NCBI RefSeq assembly: GCF_009914755.1
Contig: NC_060932.1
DNA length: 64,000 bases
DNA from: the human T2T-CHM13v2.0 reference genome, Homo sapiens
Direction: 5' to 3' (one strand)
Shown: piece by piece, positions 30,516 through 49,614 of the stretch
How positions within the stretch are numbered: the first letter of the stretch is position 1
How the letters are laid out: each line of letters opens with the position of its first letter
The notes under the pieces: generated by a model
Database searches by the model: none
The model's input: only the letters and a program-made list of their open reading frames with translations
What the model was told of the DNA's origin: nothing
Position numbers and translations under genes: made by a program

Positions 30516-31132
30516 GATGACAAAAATCATAAACTATTTATTGTATGCTTTCTCTGTGTGAGACACCACAGCAAGAACTTAATTGTCTCATTTAATACGA
30601 TAACTTTATAGGATGCAAACTCTTATTATCTCCTTTTTTGCTGATGTGGAAATTGAGACTCAGAGTGGTCACATGGCTTACCAATAGTAAATGGATTATA
30701 AGTGGCAGAAGCCAGTTCTTATACTCAGCTACATGTATCTTCGAAGCCTTGCTCTTAGTCACTTCTTTGTTCTGTTTCCTCTGTGTAAATAAAACAGGTA
30801 CAACAAATTTTCTTTACTTCTCTGTGCCTCTGTAATTTTAATCTGTATTTTATCACAGATCTTAATCTATAATCTTGGAATAAATGATGATACCTACCTC
30901 ATAAAGTTTATGAGGAATAAATTATGAAATAAACATTTAATGTGCCTTGACTAGCACATGAATTTAAAAATGTGAACATTTATTAGTATTGCCACTATCA
31001 TGCCATACAATACTTGATAATAATTAATAATAAATGATTTAGTACTGAGACACTGGATCCTAAGAAAATCAGAGTTATAGCTAGTGGCAGTTATCAAGGG
31101 AATGCAGAGGTTTCTGTATTCTGAGCATGTTC

Positions 31133-31523
31133 CTGTAATAGGATAGATAGGCGATGTGGCAGCAACAACTCCCAATTCGTAATGTCTTAAAACAAAAACA
31201 AGTTTTATTTCCCATTTATGCCATGTTTCCAGCACAGTTTCTCAGAGGGCTGTGCTCCATGCATTTACTCAAGGTCTGGGAATGATCATGGCTAACTATC
31301 TTGCAGCCACCATATTTGGAACCTGTTGCCACTCTGATGGCAGCAGAGAACAAAAGAAACCCAAAGATCATGTATGAGCTATTCACTGCTCCAGCCCAGT
31401 AGTGGTTCACTTTTTACTGGCCAGAACTAGTCTCCCAGCTCCACCAAACTCCACGGGAAGTTCAGGAGCCCAAGAGGAGAGGAAAACAACATGGGTGGAA
31501 CCAGGAATACTAGTGTGACCACA
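31133..31523 (-). mobile_element. MLT1I-like LTR
   Basis: gcagcaacaactccc...cttaaaacaaaaacaagttttattt...ggccagaactagtc. Confidence 0.55.
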
Positions 31524-31702
31524 CAGAATTGCTTGCTCTGGACAGTCTCGGTCTGAACCCATTGTCCTAGCATCTATTATCCTCACAAATGCCCTGGTTT
31601 GGATGATAAGCTATATGGTTACTCTGAGTAATGTCAACTTCTAGCTTCCTAGCTACTTCATTAAAAGTTATTTTCTGAGAAAGGCCTTCCCTCTCCACCT
31701 AA

Positions 31703-32089
<387 letters not shown>

Positions 32090-32120
32090 CTATTTCTTTG
32101 CTTATTCATTTGTTTCCTTA

Positions 32121-32217
32121 TTAGGTTGATGCAAAAATAATCATGGTTTTTTGCCATTAATGTATATCTACGTTATGCATAATGGCAAAAACCGTGATTA
32201 CTTTTGCATGAATCGAA
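32121..32217. mobile_element. MADE1 (Hsmar1-derived MITE) with enlarged spacer
   Basis: TIRs ttaggttgatgcaaaaataatcatggttttttgccatta and taatggcaaaaaccgtgattacttttgcatgaatcgaa; TA on both sides. Confidence 0.88.
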
Positions 32218-32439
32218 TATCATCTATGGTCCTTCATTAAAATGTAATTAATGAGAACAGGAGTCTTTTTTTGTCTTGCTCAATGCTGGCTTCCCAGTTT
32301 CTAACTCAGTAAATGTTTGTTGAGTATATGAGAGAATGTGCCTTTTTTTTCGGTGAAACATTAACTGGAAAAGGGACATGAAAGCTTCATTAAAATATTA
32401 AAAATTCTTCCACCTGAAAGGAACATTAAAAATATTTTG

Positions 32440-33150
32440 CAATATCAAGTATTGATGAAGATGTGGAAAAATGGAAACTCTCATCCATTGTTGTTGAGAA
32501 TATAATTTGGTAAAACCACTTTGAAAAACAGTTCAGCATTTCCTAGTTGAGCAGATCATGAGGTATATTTTCTACCAACCAGTGATCTTATTCTGAAGTA
32601 TGTGATCTAGAGGAAATTTTGAACAGGCTCCAGAAAACACGTATGGACTATTCTTAATATGAAGAATTATGTTAATCTGAATATCCATCTACAGTAGCAT
32701 ATACAAATAAATTGTGGATATTCATATAATAAGATATTAAATAGCAGTGAAAATGGAGGTACCACAGTTACACACATCAACATGAATGAATCTCAAAAGT
32801 CCAATGTTGAGAGAAAGAACAAAGCCAGAAAAGAGTACAGAAAGTAATATGCCATTCCTTAAAAGGTGAAAAAGAAGCAAAATTTAACACAAATCTTTTA
32901 AAGAAACATGCAGAGTTGGAAAAACTTTGAAGGAAAAGAAAGGAAAAATCAATAAGAATACCAAATTCAGAACCATGGTTATCTTTGGGGTCAGGGAGTG
33001 AGGTATCCTTGTGGAAGTATACACAGAATTTCAAAGGTCTCAGGTATATTATTTATCTTGAATTAAGTGATATGGGTCAATGGCAGTTTATTATTATTAT
33101 TTGTACATTCTTCTATGTGAATGATCTATTTCACCATAAATATCTAATCA
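32440..33150 (+). mobile_element. L1ME/L1MC 3' fragment
   Basis: gatgtggaaaaatggaaactctc...aaaccactttgaaaaacagtt...catcaacatgaatgaatctcaaaa. Confidence 0.7.
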
Positions 33151-33714
33151 AGGAAAAGGAGTGGAATTGACTATTTTGGTTTCTGTGTGAATCTTGGTTA
33201 CAGCTAAGTATTCATCCCATTGCGTAAGGATTCACATGAGTTTTCAGAAATGAAAGAGCCCTCCAACCCCCACTTCACCTGCAAAAAATTAATCCCACTT
33301 GTTATAATTTTCCTTCTTTTCCTTGTGTTTGATATTTTTCTCTCTTCATCTCCGTTTTCATCTTTTCATCTTTCTCATTTGTTCAAAGATGTAATTTACA
33401 TAAAATTCTAAACTAATCTCAGTTTGAGCTGCAGTTTAATGACATCATCCAAGATGAGAAAATTTAGATTGGAGAGATTTATGTCTTCCCTTTATAATGT
33501 AAAGGATTTATGTTCCTTTTAAATCAAAGCTCAATCTTGACTTAATGTACTTTGGGGCTATATAAACACACACATACATATATGCATATATCCATGTATT
33601 GGGATTAATTATATCTGTACTTATAACCTCACACAGTATTGGAGATGATTAAAAGACACAGAGTATATAAGAGAACCAAAGAAAGTATAAGGTGCTAGAG
33701 CCATTTCTGGAACC

Positions 33715-34000
33715 GGAGAGGCAGTGTAAAGTCAAGGTTACAGAAGCAGACTCTAAAATGAGACAGCTTGGGTTCAGTCTTGGCTTTGCCCTGTACCAAT
33801 GTCAGTTATTTAAACTTTCTAAATATCAGATTCTGCCTCTATACAATGGGGATATTGTAAGTAAAGGTACTTCACAGAATTGTTGGAATAATTCACTGTG
33901 ATAATATGTGTTCAATGCTTAACACAAAGTCTGACACATGGTAAGCTTTTAATAATATAGATTGTCATTAATAATAAATAATAATTAATATTGTTATTAT
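33715..34000. mobile_element. MIR
   Basis: gagaggcagtgtaaag...cttgggttcagtcttggctttgcc...tctgacacatggtaagc. Confidence 0.7.
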
Positions 34001-34935
34001 TATCTCAAGGACCTAGAAGAAAAGCTCTGGGGTCACTGCACCAGTGATAAATCTAGACTGGGTTCCATGTTTGTGCCTTCTGTTCAAATGAGTGTGTGGC
34101 AAGTGGGTCTTGAAAGGTATAGAATTCTCAGCAATGGCTGAAATAAAACTTTTTCTAATGCAGTGTTTGCAATGCAAGATATTCTATGTAGAATGAGCTT
34201 TATTACAGTCTGGCATCCTAAGGCAACCTGATTTGGAGTGAGATTTCACTAAAAGAGAGATGTCAAGAGAGAGAAAGAAGAGAGGGATGAATGTGATAAG
34301 TGGTAAGCAAAGTGAGGAGAAGGCAAAAGTAGGTAGATGTCACAGTGGCCCTGTGATACTTTGAAATCTGCCCACCATCAACAGGTGCATGCCTTGTGGA
34401 GCTAGACATGCAAATGTGTTGAGACCAGAGCTTTCTCTAGCAGTCAACAACAGGTGCAAATGACATTCTCTATTTCATGGAAGTGCTAGAGAGAGGAAGC
34501 GGAATTACTGATATCTCAGCAAGTGCCAGTACCCTAGAAAAATCTAGTGAAAAGAACAATTGTCCCAGAGTGCAGCAGCTTGGGTGGCGGGGGGGGGGGG
34601 GGGAATGCTCTGAATTGTGTTGGCATTGATTCCTAAGATATAAGAGCTTAGAGGCAATCCAGAAACCGGCTGATTCAAACCTTCATGGTCCAGAACATAG
34701 GCAAGTAGAGCAGTAGTGGCACAGAGTCACTTTATGAGCTTTGCTACACCCCAGTGCTGTTTCAGTCTATCAGTTTCCCATTCTCTCAGGTTTCTAATGT
34801 CCCAGCCACTCACTAGACCTTTTTCTCCCAATACCTCTAAAAGATGACAATCCCTATAAATAATACAAGGATGGAAGGAAAAAGAAAACAAAGAAAAGGA
34901 AAAATCAACAAGTTTCCTTTAGAAAGCTGCCTATC

Positions 34936-36969
<2,034 letters not shown>

Positions 36970-37194
36970 AGAAAGTTGCCTATCGAATTTCCTTCTTGGA
37001 AATTAGCACACTTGGAAACATGCACACTAGCTCCTAAAACATGTAAGAAATCCTGCACATTCATGTTAGATGTGGACATTTGTTATCCACATAATAGCAA
37101 GAATAACTTGTGGTGCACATTTTGGAAAATATAATAGAATTATGGTTTTCTGTCTGACAAAGTTTTATAGCTAGGATTCTCGGAATTGCAGGAA

Positions 37195-37300
37195 TGAAAC
37201 AAGGAAGAAAGGAAGGAAGGAGAAAGGAAGGTAGGAAGGAAGGAAAAAAGAGAGAAAGAAAGAATGAAAGCAGAAGGAAGGAAGGAAGGAAGGGGAAATG
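37195..37300 (+). repeat. (GGAA)n purine-rich low-complexity tract
   Basis: Seen directly in the sequence. Confidence 0.85.
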
Positions 37301-39729
37301 AATGAATCAGCTGGGTTCAAAGAAATATTCTAAGTCTCCACATCCAAATGTGACTGATATAGTAAGTCTACAGAGCAGTCCTAGAATGCACATTTTAGTA
37401 AGGACCCTATGTGATCCCAGTTTAGGTAGTCCCTTAACCACTTTTGAGAAATACTATTCCAGAGTCATAAGAGAAATTGAAGGAGAAAATGATTTTATAG
37501 TATTCGAGAACCAAGAATCGTCCATCAATGGTCTTGTCAACAAAGATCACAGAACAGGTCTCAAAGTGTTGTCCAAAATGTGATGTGCTTTTTAAAACTC
37601 AGGTACCTGGACTCTACCCCAAAGATACTGAATCAAAATTTCTGAACTGGGGATAGAAAATAGGTTTATTATTCAAGCTCTCCACATAATAAGAAAGCAT
37701 GGTAACACTTGAAAATCATTGCCACATATAAGATAGGAAGACACTGAAGCATGATTTTCCCCAGAACTCTGAATTCAGAGGTTAATGAGCATTAATGCAA
37801 TTTAGCATATGAGGTCTAACACTGACCACATAATAATTTATTTCTAAATAAACTCACAATCACTGAATCAAAAAGTGGCCTGCCTTTCCATTTTCATATA
37901 TACATTTGGGAACAATAAAAGCTGCCCAGGAGTAGCCATCTGAAATAACATTTTACCCTGTTGCTAATCTTAAATCTAATTGCCGAAGAATTGCCTAGAA
38001 GATACAGTGAGATAATCCCTGTAGAGCTGAACTCTAGGAGAAATACTTGCCAAATTACTGTAATGATAAAAGTTTGAAGTGACATTCTATTCCCACAGTG
38101 GCTGCAAATAAATCTGCTACTATACTATGTATTGACCTTACAAAGACATCCAATAGAACAGATTGTTACATCAGGAAAAATTTTTGTGCTTAGAAACAAA
38201 ATGCAGTGTCCTTAATTTATTTGTATACCAGAGAAAAGGATTGTTATGGCAAACACTTGCTGCTCTAGTTTTAAAACAAATTGAAAGGGAATACAATTGT
38301 TTCAATATCGTGTTGTTTACTATGCCTATTAAAAGCTCCAGATGAATTTCAGAATTTTTATTCCAGTTTTTTTAAGATTATTTTGTTCTCCATCAAAACC
38401 ATTACTGTTTTGCAAAATCCATCTGCCTTCACTGATCCTAAATGTAACTACATTAACCCAAGCTGATAACTGCATGTGAATACATACATAGCTGAGGCCA
38501 TTTATGAACAAGCACCTTAGCATACCGTTTTAACAACATATTCTTCTCAGCTTGACAAATATAAACATTGGTATTCCAAAGTAATTTACATTTTAAAATC
38601 CTATGCCAAGCTGATAAGATAGAATATTGAATTTCAGCACATAAATAAGCTTTTCCAAAACAAAAAAGAGTATTCTAGTAACGGCTTTTATTTAGACAGC
38701 ATACTTTACCTATTAGAAATTCTACCAGCACACTTCACAAAAATAGAGTGGGAAAGTTTGTACTCTTTATAAATAAAAATATGATGAATGTATGCCGCAT
38801 TTACACTGATTTTGTCTGACACATCCCTCAAACTCAGAATTTTAATTGGCTAAGTTCTAAGGTCTCATTTTCAGGAACTTATGTATGGAAGTATAACATC
38901 ACAGCTACTTCTACTGGAGCTTGAAAGGATAAAAAGAAATACGGCTTTATAACCAGGACAATATAAAAATATATACCTATAGTTACAGGATTACACCTGG
39001 AGTATGACTTTTTTTGAAAATGGCTAAGTAGCCCTGTCCAAATGCAGAATATTATTAATGGTTCATTTTTTCAAAAGTTAGGTAAGCATATGGAATGGGA
39101 GGATGAGGTTATCAAAATTCTTGATAAAATTAGCTATCCAAGCAGTGGCAGCCATATCCTAGTAGAGCTGTGTTCGTAAATAATTTAATGAGTATCGTCT
39201 AATGCTTCAAAAGCACTTTTCAACAGGCAGTGAAATCTAGTTTAAAGTGTTAAGGTTTTAAATGAATCAAAACTTACCTCCAATTTGGCTTAGCCATTGA
39301 CATTGTCATTACAAGCTATGGGTTGTATGCCAATGAACTTCTGTGACCTTAGGAAAGTATTTTATATCTTTAGACTACTGTTTTTAATCTATAAAATAAG
39401 AATAATACTAGCAAAAATAATATCTATTTCAAATACCTGTGTCATAATAAATAACATAATACATTCAGACAATGTCTGGTATGAAATAAACTTTCAGTAA
39501 AAGGGAGCCAAAAATAAAAGTACTGGCTATCTAAATCTAACCCAGAACCTGTTCTTTTTAAAATATAATAATTTTGAGGAGATACAAAGACACAGAAATT
39601 ACTTCAAAGCAAGAGGTAACAATAGGAGGTAAGAAAAGTTTAGGGAAAGAAGAAATTTAAACAAAGCAAAACAAAGCAAGAATCTCACTAAATAGGAAAA
39701 ATTAAAAATTAAAATTAAAAGTATTCTTA

Positions 39730-40929
39730 AAAGTGGGGAGCACTCTTAGTGAAAATGTAAATGTTATTTGGAAAATAATTTTACCCTATTTTAAAAAGTC
39801 AAAGATGTACATACCCCAAGACTTACTAGTTTTACTTCTAGGCATATATCTGAGAGTTGTGTACCAGTAGACATGTACAGGAATGTTTGCAATAGCCATG
39901 CTCATTGAAAAAAAAGTAGAAAACAAAATATCTTCCATGAATAGAACAAATAATAATTTATGGAAAATCCATATTATGAAACACTGTGAAAAGTTAAGTG
40001 TACGTTTTTGAATATCTTGATTTTGTTGTCTTGCTTTAAAGAGTGTTGGGCTTTTTGCAGATGAATATGATTCCCTTAAGGCCTGTTTTGTTATGGTGGG
40101 TCTAGAGTAGCTTTCACTTCAGGGATAATTTAGCTCTACTGCTGAAGTGTGACACTCTTTCCCTCTAAAGAGAATTCACTAAGTGTACTCTGTGATCACC
40201 AAGGATACCCTGCTCTAATTGGTTGATGCTCTAACATCTCTCCATTTGTGTGAGCTGCAGACATACGAAGAATAAGAAAAAAGCAATTCACAACCAGAGA
40301 ACAAATTACTACTAGAAACAAACCCAGAAATTGCAGAAAGGATAAAAAATACAAGAAAAGAATGTTTGTTTACGTGGTACTTTTTTCTTTAAAAAAAAAA
40401 AACTTTTATATATGTCTATATATTTGATGTGGATTGCTTATAGACAGTATATATAGTTGGGCCTCGTTTCTTTTTTTAAACTGAGTTTAGCAATCTCTGC
40501 CTTTTATTTGGAATGTTTAGATATTTATATTTAGTGAAATTATTATTGTGGTTATGGTTAAATCTATCATTAAAATAAATTTTAAAAAATCAAAACCAAG
40601 TGTATGAGAATGGATGAGATACACACCTTAAAGACTGCATCTCATCAACTGATATACTTAATACTAAAATATAAATATTAGAAAGTAATTAGCCTTTCAA
40701 CCAAAGAAGTTAGAAAAAGTACAGCCTATTGAACTCTAGAAGTGGAAGAAAAAATATATTAATTATAAGAAAATAATAAAATAGAAAAGAGTAGAACAAT
40801 AGATAAAAGCAATAAAATCAAAAACTGATTTTTGAAATAAGAAAATTGATACGACTATGTCTAAGCTAATTGAAGAGTAAAAAGGATAGAAGACAACATC
40901 ATCCATATTGGGATTAAAGAGCGGATATC
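39730..40929. mobile_element. Patchwork of old L1M fragments; the plus-strand ORF2 piece continues at 47291-49600 (host of L1PA3, MLT2A and an Alu)
   Basis: ggatatc|actacagatcc joins across the L1PA3; gatggctccactggt and ggcaaaattcaatacccag are L1M ORF2-like. Confidence 0.6.
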
Positions 40930-41041
40930 GGAGGAGACAAGATGGCTGAATAGGAACAGCTCTGGTCTACAGCTCCCAGCATGAGTGACACAGAAGATGG
41001 GTAATTTCTGCATTTCCATCTGCGGTACCGGGTTCATCTCA

Positions 41042-41365
41042 CTAGGGAGTGCCAGACAGTGGGTGCAGTGCACTGTACGTGAGCCAAAGCAGGGCGAGGC
41101 ATTGCCTCACTTGGGAAGCACAAGGGGTCAGGGAGTTCCCTTTCCTAGTCAAAGAAAGGGGTGACAGATGGCACCTGGAAAATCGGGTCACTCCCACCCA
41201 AATACTGCGCTTTTCCGACGGGCTTAAAAAACGGCGCACCAGGAGATTATATCCCGCACCTGGCTCGGAGGGTCCTACGTCCATGGAGTCTCGCTGATTG
41301 CTAGCACAGCAGTCTGAGATCAAACTGCAAGGTGACAGCAAGGCTGGGGGAGGGGTGCCCACCAT
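41042..41365 (-). CDS. ORF0: L1 ORF0 (antisense 5' UTR ORF), open frame of 107 aa
   Basis: MVGTPPPALLSPCSLISDCCASNQRDSMDVGPSEPGAGYNLLVRRFLS matches primate L1 ORF0 (MAGAPPPASLPPCSLISDCCASNQRDSVGVGPSEPG...). Expression unknown. Confidence 0.6.
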   Translation of the reverse strand: MVGTPPPALLSPCSLISDCCASNQRDSMDVGPSEPGAGYNLLVRRFLSPSEKRSIWVGVTRFSRCHLSPLSLTRKGNSLTPCASQVRQCLALLWLTYSALHPLSGTP

Positions 41366-43200
41366 TGCCCAGGCTTGCTTAGGTAAACAAAGCAGCCAGG
41401 AAGCTCGAACTGGGTGGAGCCCACCACAGCTCAAGGAGACCTGCCGGCCTCCTTAGGCTCCACCTCTGGGGGCAGGGCACAGACAAACAAAAAGACAGCA
41501 GTAACCTCTGCAGACTTAAATGTCCCTGTCTGACAGCTTTGAGAAGAGCAGTGGTTCTCCCAGCATGCAGCTGGAGATCTGAGAATGGGCAGACTGCCTC
41601 CTCAAGTGGGTCCCTGACCCCTGACCCCCGAGCAGCTTAACTGGGAGGCATCCCCCAGTAGGGGCAGACTGAAACCTCACGTGGCCCGGTACTCCTCTGA
41701 GACAAAACTTCCAGAGGAACGATCAGACAGCAGCATTCCCGGTTCACGAAAATCCACTGTTCTGCAGACACTGTTGCTGATTCCCAGGCAAACAGGGTCT
41801 GGAGTGGACCTCTAGAAAACTCCAACAGACCTGCAGCTGAGGGTCCTGTCTGTTAGAAGGAAAACTAACAAACAGAAAGGACATCCACACCAAAAACCCA
41901 TCTGTACATCACCATCATCAAAGACCAAAAGTAGATAAAACCACAAAGATGGGGGGAAAAAGAGCAGAAAAACTGGAAACTCTAAAAAGCAGGGCGCCTC
42001 TCCTCCTCCAAAGGAACGCAGTGCCTCACCAGCAACGGAACAAAGCTGGACGGAGAATGACTTTGACAAGTTGAGAGAAGAAGGCTTCAGACGATCAAAC
42101 TACTCCAAGCTACAGGAGGAAATTCAAACCAAAGGCAAAGAAGTTGAAAACTTTGAAAAAAATTTAGACGAATGGATAACTAGAATAACCAATACAGAGA
42201 AGTGCTTCAAGGAGCTGATGGAGCTGAAAGCCAAGGTACAAGAACTACGTGAAGAATACAGAAGCCTCAGGAGCCGATGCGATCAACTGGAAGAAAGGGT
42301 ATCAGCAATGGAAGATGAAATGAATGAAATGAAGTGAGAAGAGAAGTTTAGAGAAAAAAGAATAAAAAGAAACGAACAAAGCCTCCAAGAAATATGGGAC
42401 TATGTGAAAAGACCAAATCTACATCTGATTGGTGTATCTGAAAGTGACGGGGAGAATGGAACCAAGTTGGAAAACACTCTGCAGGATATTATCCAGGAGA
42501 ACTTCCCCAATCTAGCAAGGCAGGCCATCATTCAGATTCAGGAAATACAGAGAACGCCACAAAGATACTCCTCGAGAAGAGCAACTCCAAGACACATAAT
42601 TGCCAGATTCACCAAAGTTGAAATGAAAGAAAAAATGTTAAGGGCAGCCAGAGAGAAAGGTCGGGTTACCCACAAAGGGAAGCCCATCAGACTAACAGCG
42701 GATCTCTCAGCAGAAACTCTACAAGCCAGAAGAGAGTGGGGGCCAATATTCAACATTCTTAAAGAAAAGAATTTTCAACCCAGAATTTCATATCCAGCCA
42801 AAGTAAGCTTCATAAATGAAGGATAAATAAAATACTTTACACACAAGCAAATACTGAGAGATTTTGTCACCACCAGGCCTGCCCTAAAAGAGCTCCTGAA
42901 GGAAGCGCTAAACTGGAAAGGCACAACCGGTACCAGCCACTGCAAAATCATGCCAAAATGTAAAGACCATCGAGACTAGGAAGAAACTGCATCAACTAAC
43001 GAGCAAAATAACCAGCTAACATCATAAGGACAGGATCATATTCACACATAACAATATTAACTTTAAATGAAAATGGACTAAATGCTCCAATTAAAAGACA
43101 CAGACAGGCAAATTGGATAAAGAGTCAAGACCCATCAGTGTGCTGTATTCAGGAAACCCAACTCACGTGTAGAGACACACATAGGCTCAAAATAAAATGA

Positions 43201-44836
<1,636 letters not shown>

Positions 44837-44952
44837 TGACAAAATTCAACAACCCTTCATGCTAAAAACTCTCAATAAATTAGGTATTGATGGGATGTAT
44901 CTCACAATAATAAGAGCTATCTATGACAAACCCACAGCCAATATCATACTGA

Positions 44953-46496
<1,544 letters not shown>

Positions 46497-47621
46497 TGAA
46501 AAAATGCTCACCATCATTGGCCATCAGAGAAATGCAAATCAAAACCACAATGAGATACCATCTCACACCAGTTAGAATGGCAATCATTAAAAAGTCAGGA
46601 AACAACAGATGCTGGAGAGGATGTGGAGAAATAGGAACACTTTTACACTGTTGGTGGGACTGTAAACTAGTTCAACCATTGTGGAAGTGAGTGTGGTGAT
46701 TCCTCAGGGATCTAGAACTAGAAATACCATTTGACCCAGCCATCCCATTACTGGGTATATACCCAAAGGACTATAAATCATGCTGCTATAAAGACACATG
46801 CACACGTATGTTTATTGCGGCACTATTCACAATAGCAAGGACTTGGAACCAATCCAAATGTCCAACAATGACAGACTGGATTAAGAAAATGTGGCACATA
46901 TATACTATGGAATACTATGCAGCCATAAAAAATGATGGGTTCATGTCCTTTGTAGGGACATGGATGAAATTGGAAATCATCATTCTCAGTAAACCATCAC
47001 AAGGATAAAAAACCAAACACCGCATGTTCTCACTCATAGGTGGGAATTGAACAATGAGAACACATGGACACAGGAAGGGGAACATCACACTCTGGGGACT
47101 GTTGTGGGGTGGGGGGAGGGGGGAGGGATAGCATTAGGATATATACCTAATGCTAAATGACGAGTTAATGGGTGCAGTGCACCAGCATGGCACATGTATA
47201 CATATGTAACTAACCTGCACATTGTGCACATGTACCCTAAAACTTAAAGTATAATAATAATAAAAAATATATATATATAAATAAAAAAAAAGTGGATATC
47301 ACTACAGATCCTAAAGATATTAACAGGAAAATAAGAGAATAATATAAAAATATTTATATGAACACATCCAACAACTTATTTAATATGAAAAATATTTAAC
47401 AATCAGCTTTTGATTATATTGCTTTTACTTATTGTTTTATTCTTTTTAAAATAATTTTAATATATTCTTCCTTCTACTTCTTAGAGTTTAGTAGGCTGTA
47501 GTTTTTCTAACTTCTCTGGTGAAAGATTAATTTTAAATATTTATATTTTAGAATTAAGCATTTCATTTCAAAAATTAATGATCAGAATTCACTCAAAAAG
47601 AACTAAAATTCTGAATAATAT

Positions 47622-48072
47622 TGTGATGGTCAATATTGAGTGTCAACTTGACTGGATTGAAGGATGCAAAGTATTATTTCTGCATGGGTCTGTGAGGGTG
47701 TTGCCAAAGGAGATTAACATTTGAGTCAGTGGACTGGGAAAGGCAAACCCACCCTCAATGTTGGTGGGCACCATCTAATCAACTGTCAGTGCAGCCAGAA
47801 TAAAAGCAGACAAAAGAACATGAAAAGACTAGATTGGCTTAGCCTCTAAGCCTACATCTTTCTCCCTTGCTGGATGCTTCCTGCCCTTGAACATTGGACT
47901 CCAAGTTGTTCAGCTTTGGGACTTGGACTGGCTTCCTTGCTCCTCACCTTGCAGATGGCCTACTGTGGGACCTCACGTTGTGATTGTGTGAGTTAATACT
48001 CCTTAATGAACTCACTTTCATATATATACATCCTATCCTATTAATTATGTCCCTCTAGAGAACCCTAATACA
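47622..48072 (+). mobile_element. MLT2A (HERV-L) solo LTR
   Basis: tgtgatggtcaatattgagtgtcaacttg...ctctagagaaccctaataca; 5-bp TSD aatat at 47617-47621 and 48073-48077. Confidence 0.92.
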
Positions 48073-48411
48073 AATATTTTGTCCATTAAATAAATTAATT
48101 CTTTACTAAAGTCATTCTGAAAATGAAAATTTCTGGACTAGATGGCTCCACTGGTAGATAAGACCAAAACTATCAGTAAAACATAATACTAATGCTATAG
48201 CAAACTTTTTATAAAATAGAATAAAATATACAGGGTATTATCTTAAAACCAAAACTGAAAACATTACAGAAAATGAAAACTATAGGCCAACATCTCAATT
48301 AAATGTATGTGGGAGAGCCCTTTATATATATTAGCTAATAAAACCCAGGAGCATATAAGCAAGATAATGTACTACAAGTAACTGTGACTTAGCCCAGAAA
48401 TGCGGGATTGA

Positions 48412-48742
<331 letters not shown>

Positions 48743-49614
48743 AGGATTGATTTTTGTATTAAAAAATCTATCAACATAATTTAACAAATGAACAGGTTAA
48801 TGTACTAAAAACAAAGTATTATCTCAAAAATATAGAAAATAATCTGGCAAAATTCAATACCCAGTTACGGTAAATAGTTAATGAAGGAACTCCCTCAAGC
48901 TGATAGAGAGCACTTATGTAAAGAAATTTATGACTACCACGATATATAATGGCATAGGACTGATTGTTTTCCTTCTAAACTTGAAGAAAAGGTAAGGATT
49001 ACTGATCTCACCATTCCTAATGAATATAATAAGGCAAGAAGTATAAAGGCAAACAATTAGAAAAGAAGATAATCTTTCTTTTATTTGCAGAGAACATGAC
49101 GCTGTACACAGAAAATCCTGAAGCATCTATAAACAGTTACTAGAATTAATAACTGAATGTATCAGGACACAAGGTCAAAATATAAAAATTAGTTGTATAT
49201 TTATATACTAGCCATGAAAATTAGAAATTGAAATTAAGAACAATATTATTCACAATCATACTTTAAAAACATATGAAATTATCGGGGATATATTTTTAGA
49301 AAAAGTTGGATCAACTAGATTTAATGGACATTTATAGAATGTTTCATCCAAGAGCAGCAGAATACACATTATTCTCAAGCTCATGTGCAACATTCAACGA
49401 GATAGACTACATTCTGAACCTAAACTTGGTAACAGAAAAATAGCTGGGAAGTCCCAAAATATTTGGAGATGAAGCAACATGCTTGTAACACATGAATCAA
49501 ACAAGTAATTCTCAAGACAATTAAAATATATTTTGAATTAAATGAACATAAAAATACAATTTATCAAAAACTAGATTTTAAGTCTTACAATATTTCAAAC
49601 ATAGTTTTAAAAAA

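Noticed and set aside
34000-34830. Purine-rich unique-looking segment, possibly an ancient LTR
   Set aside because: Could not match termini or a consensus with confidence.
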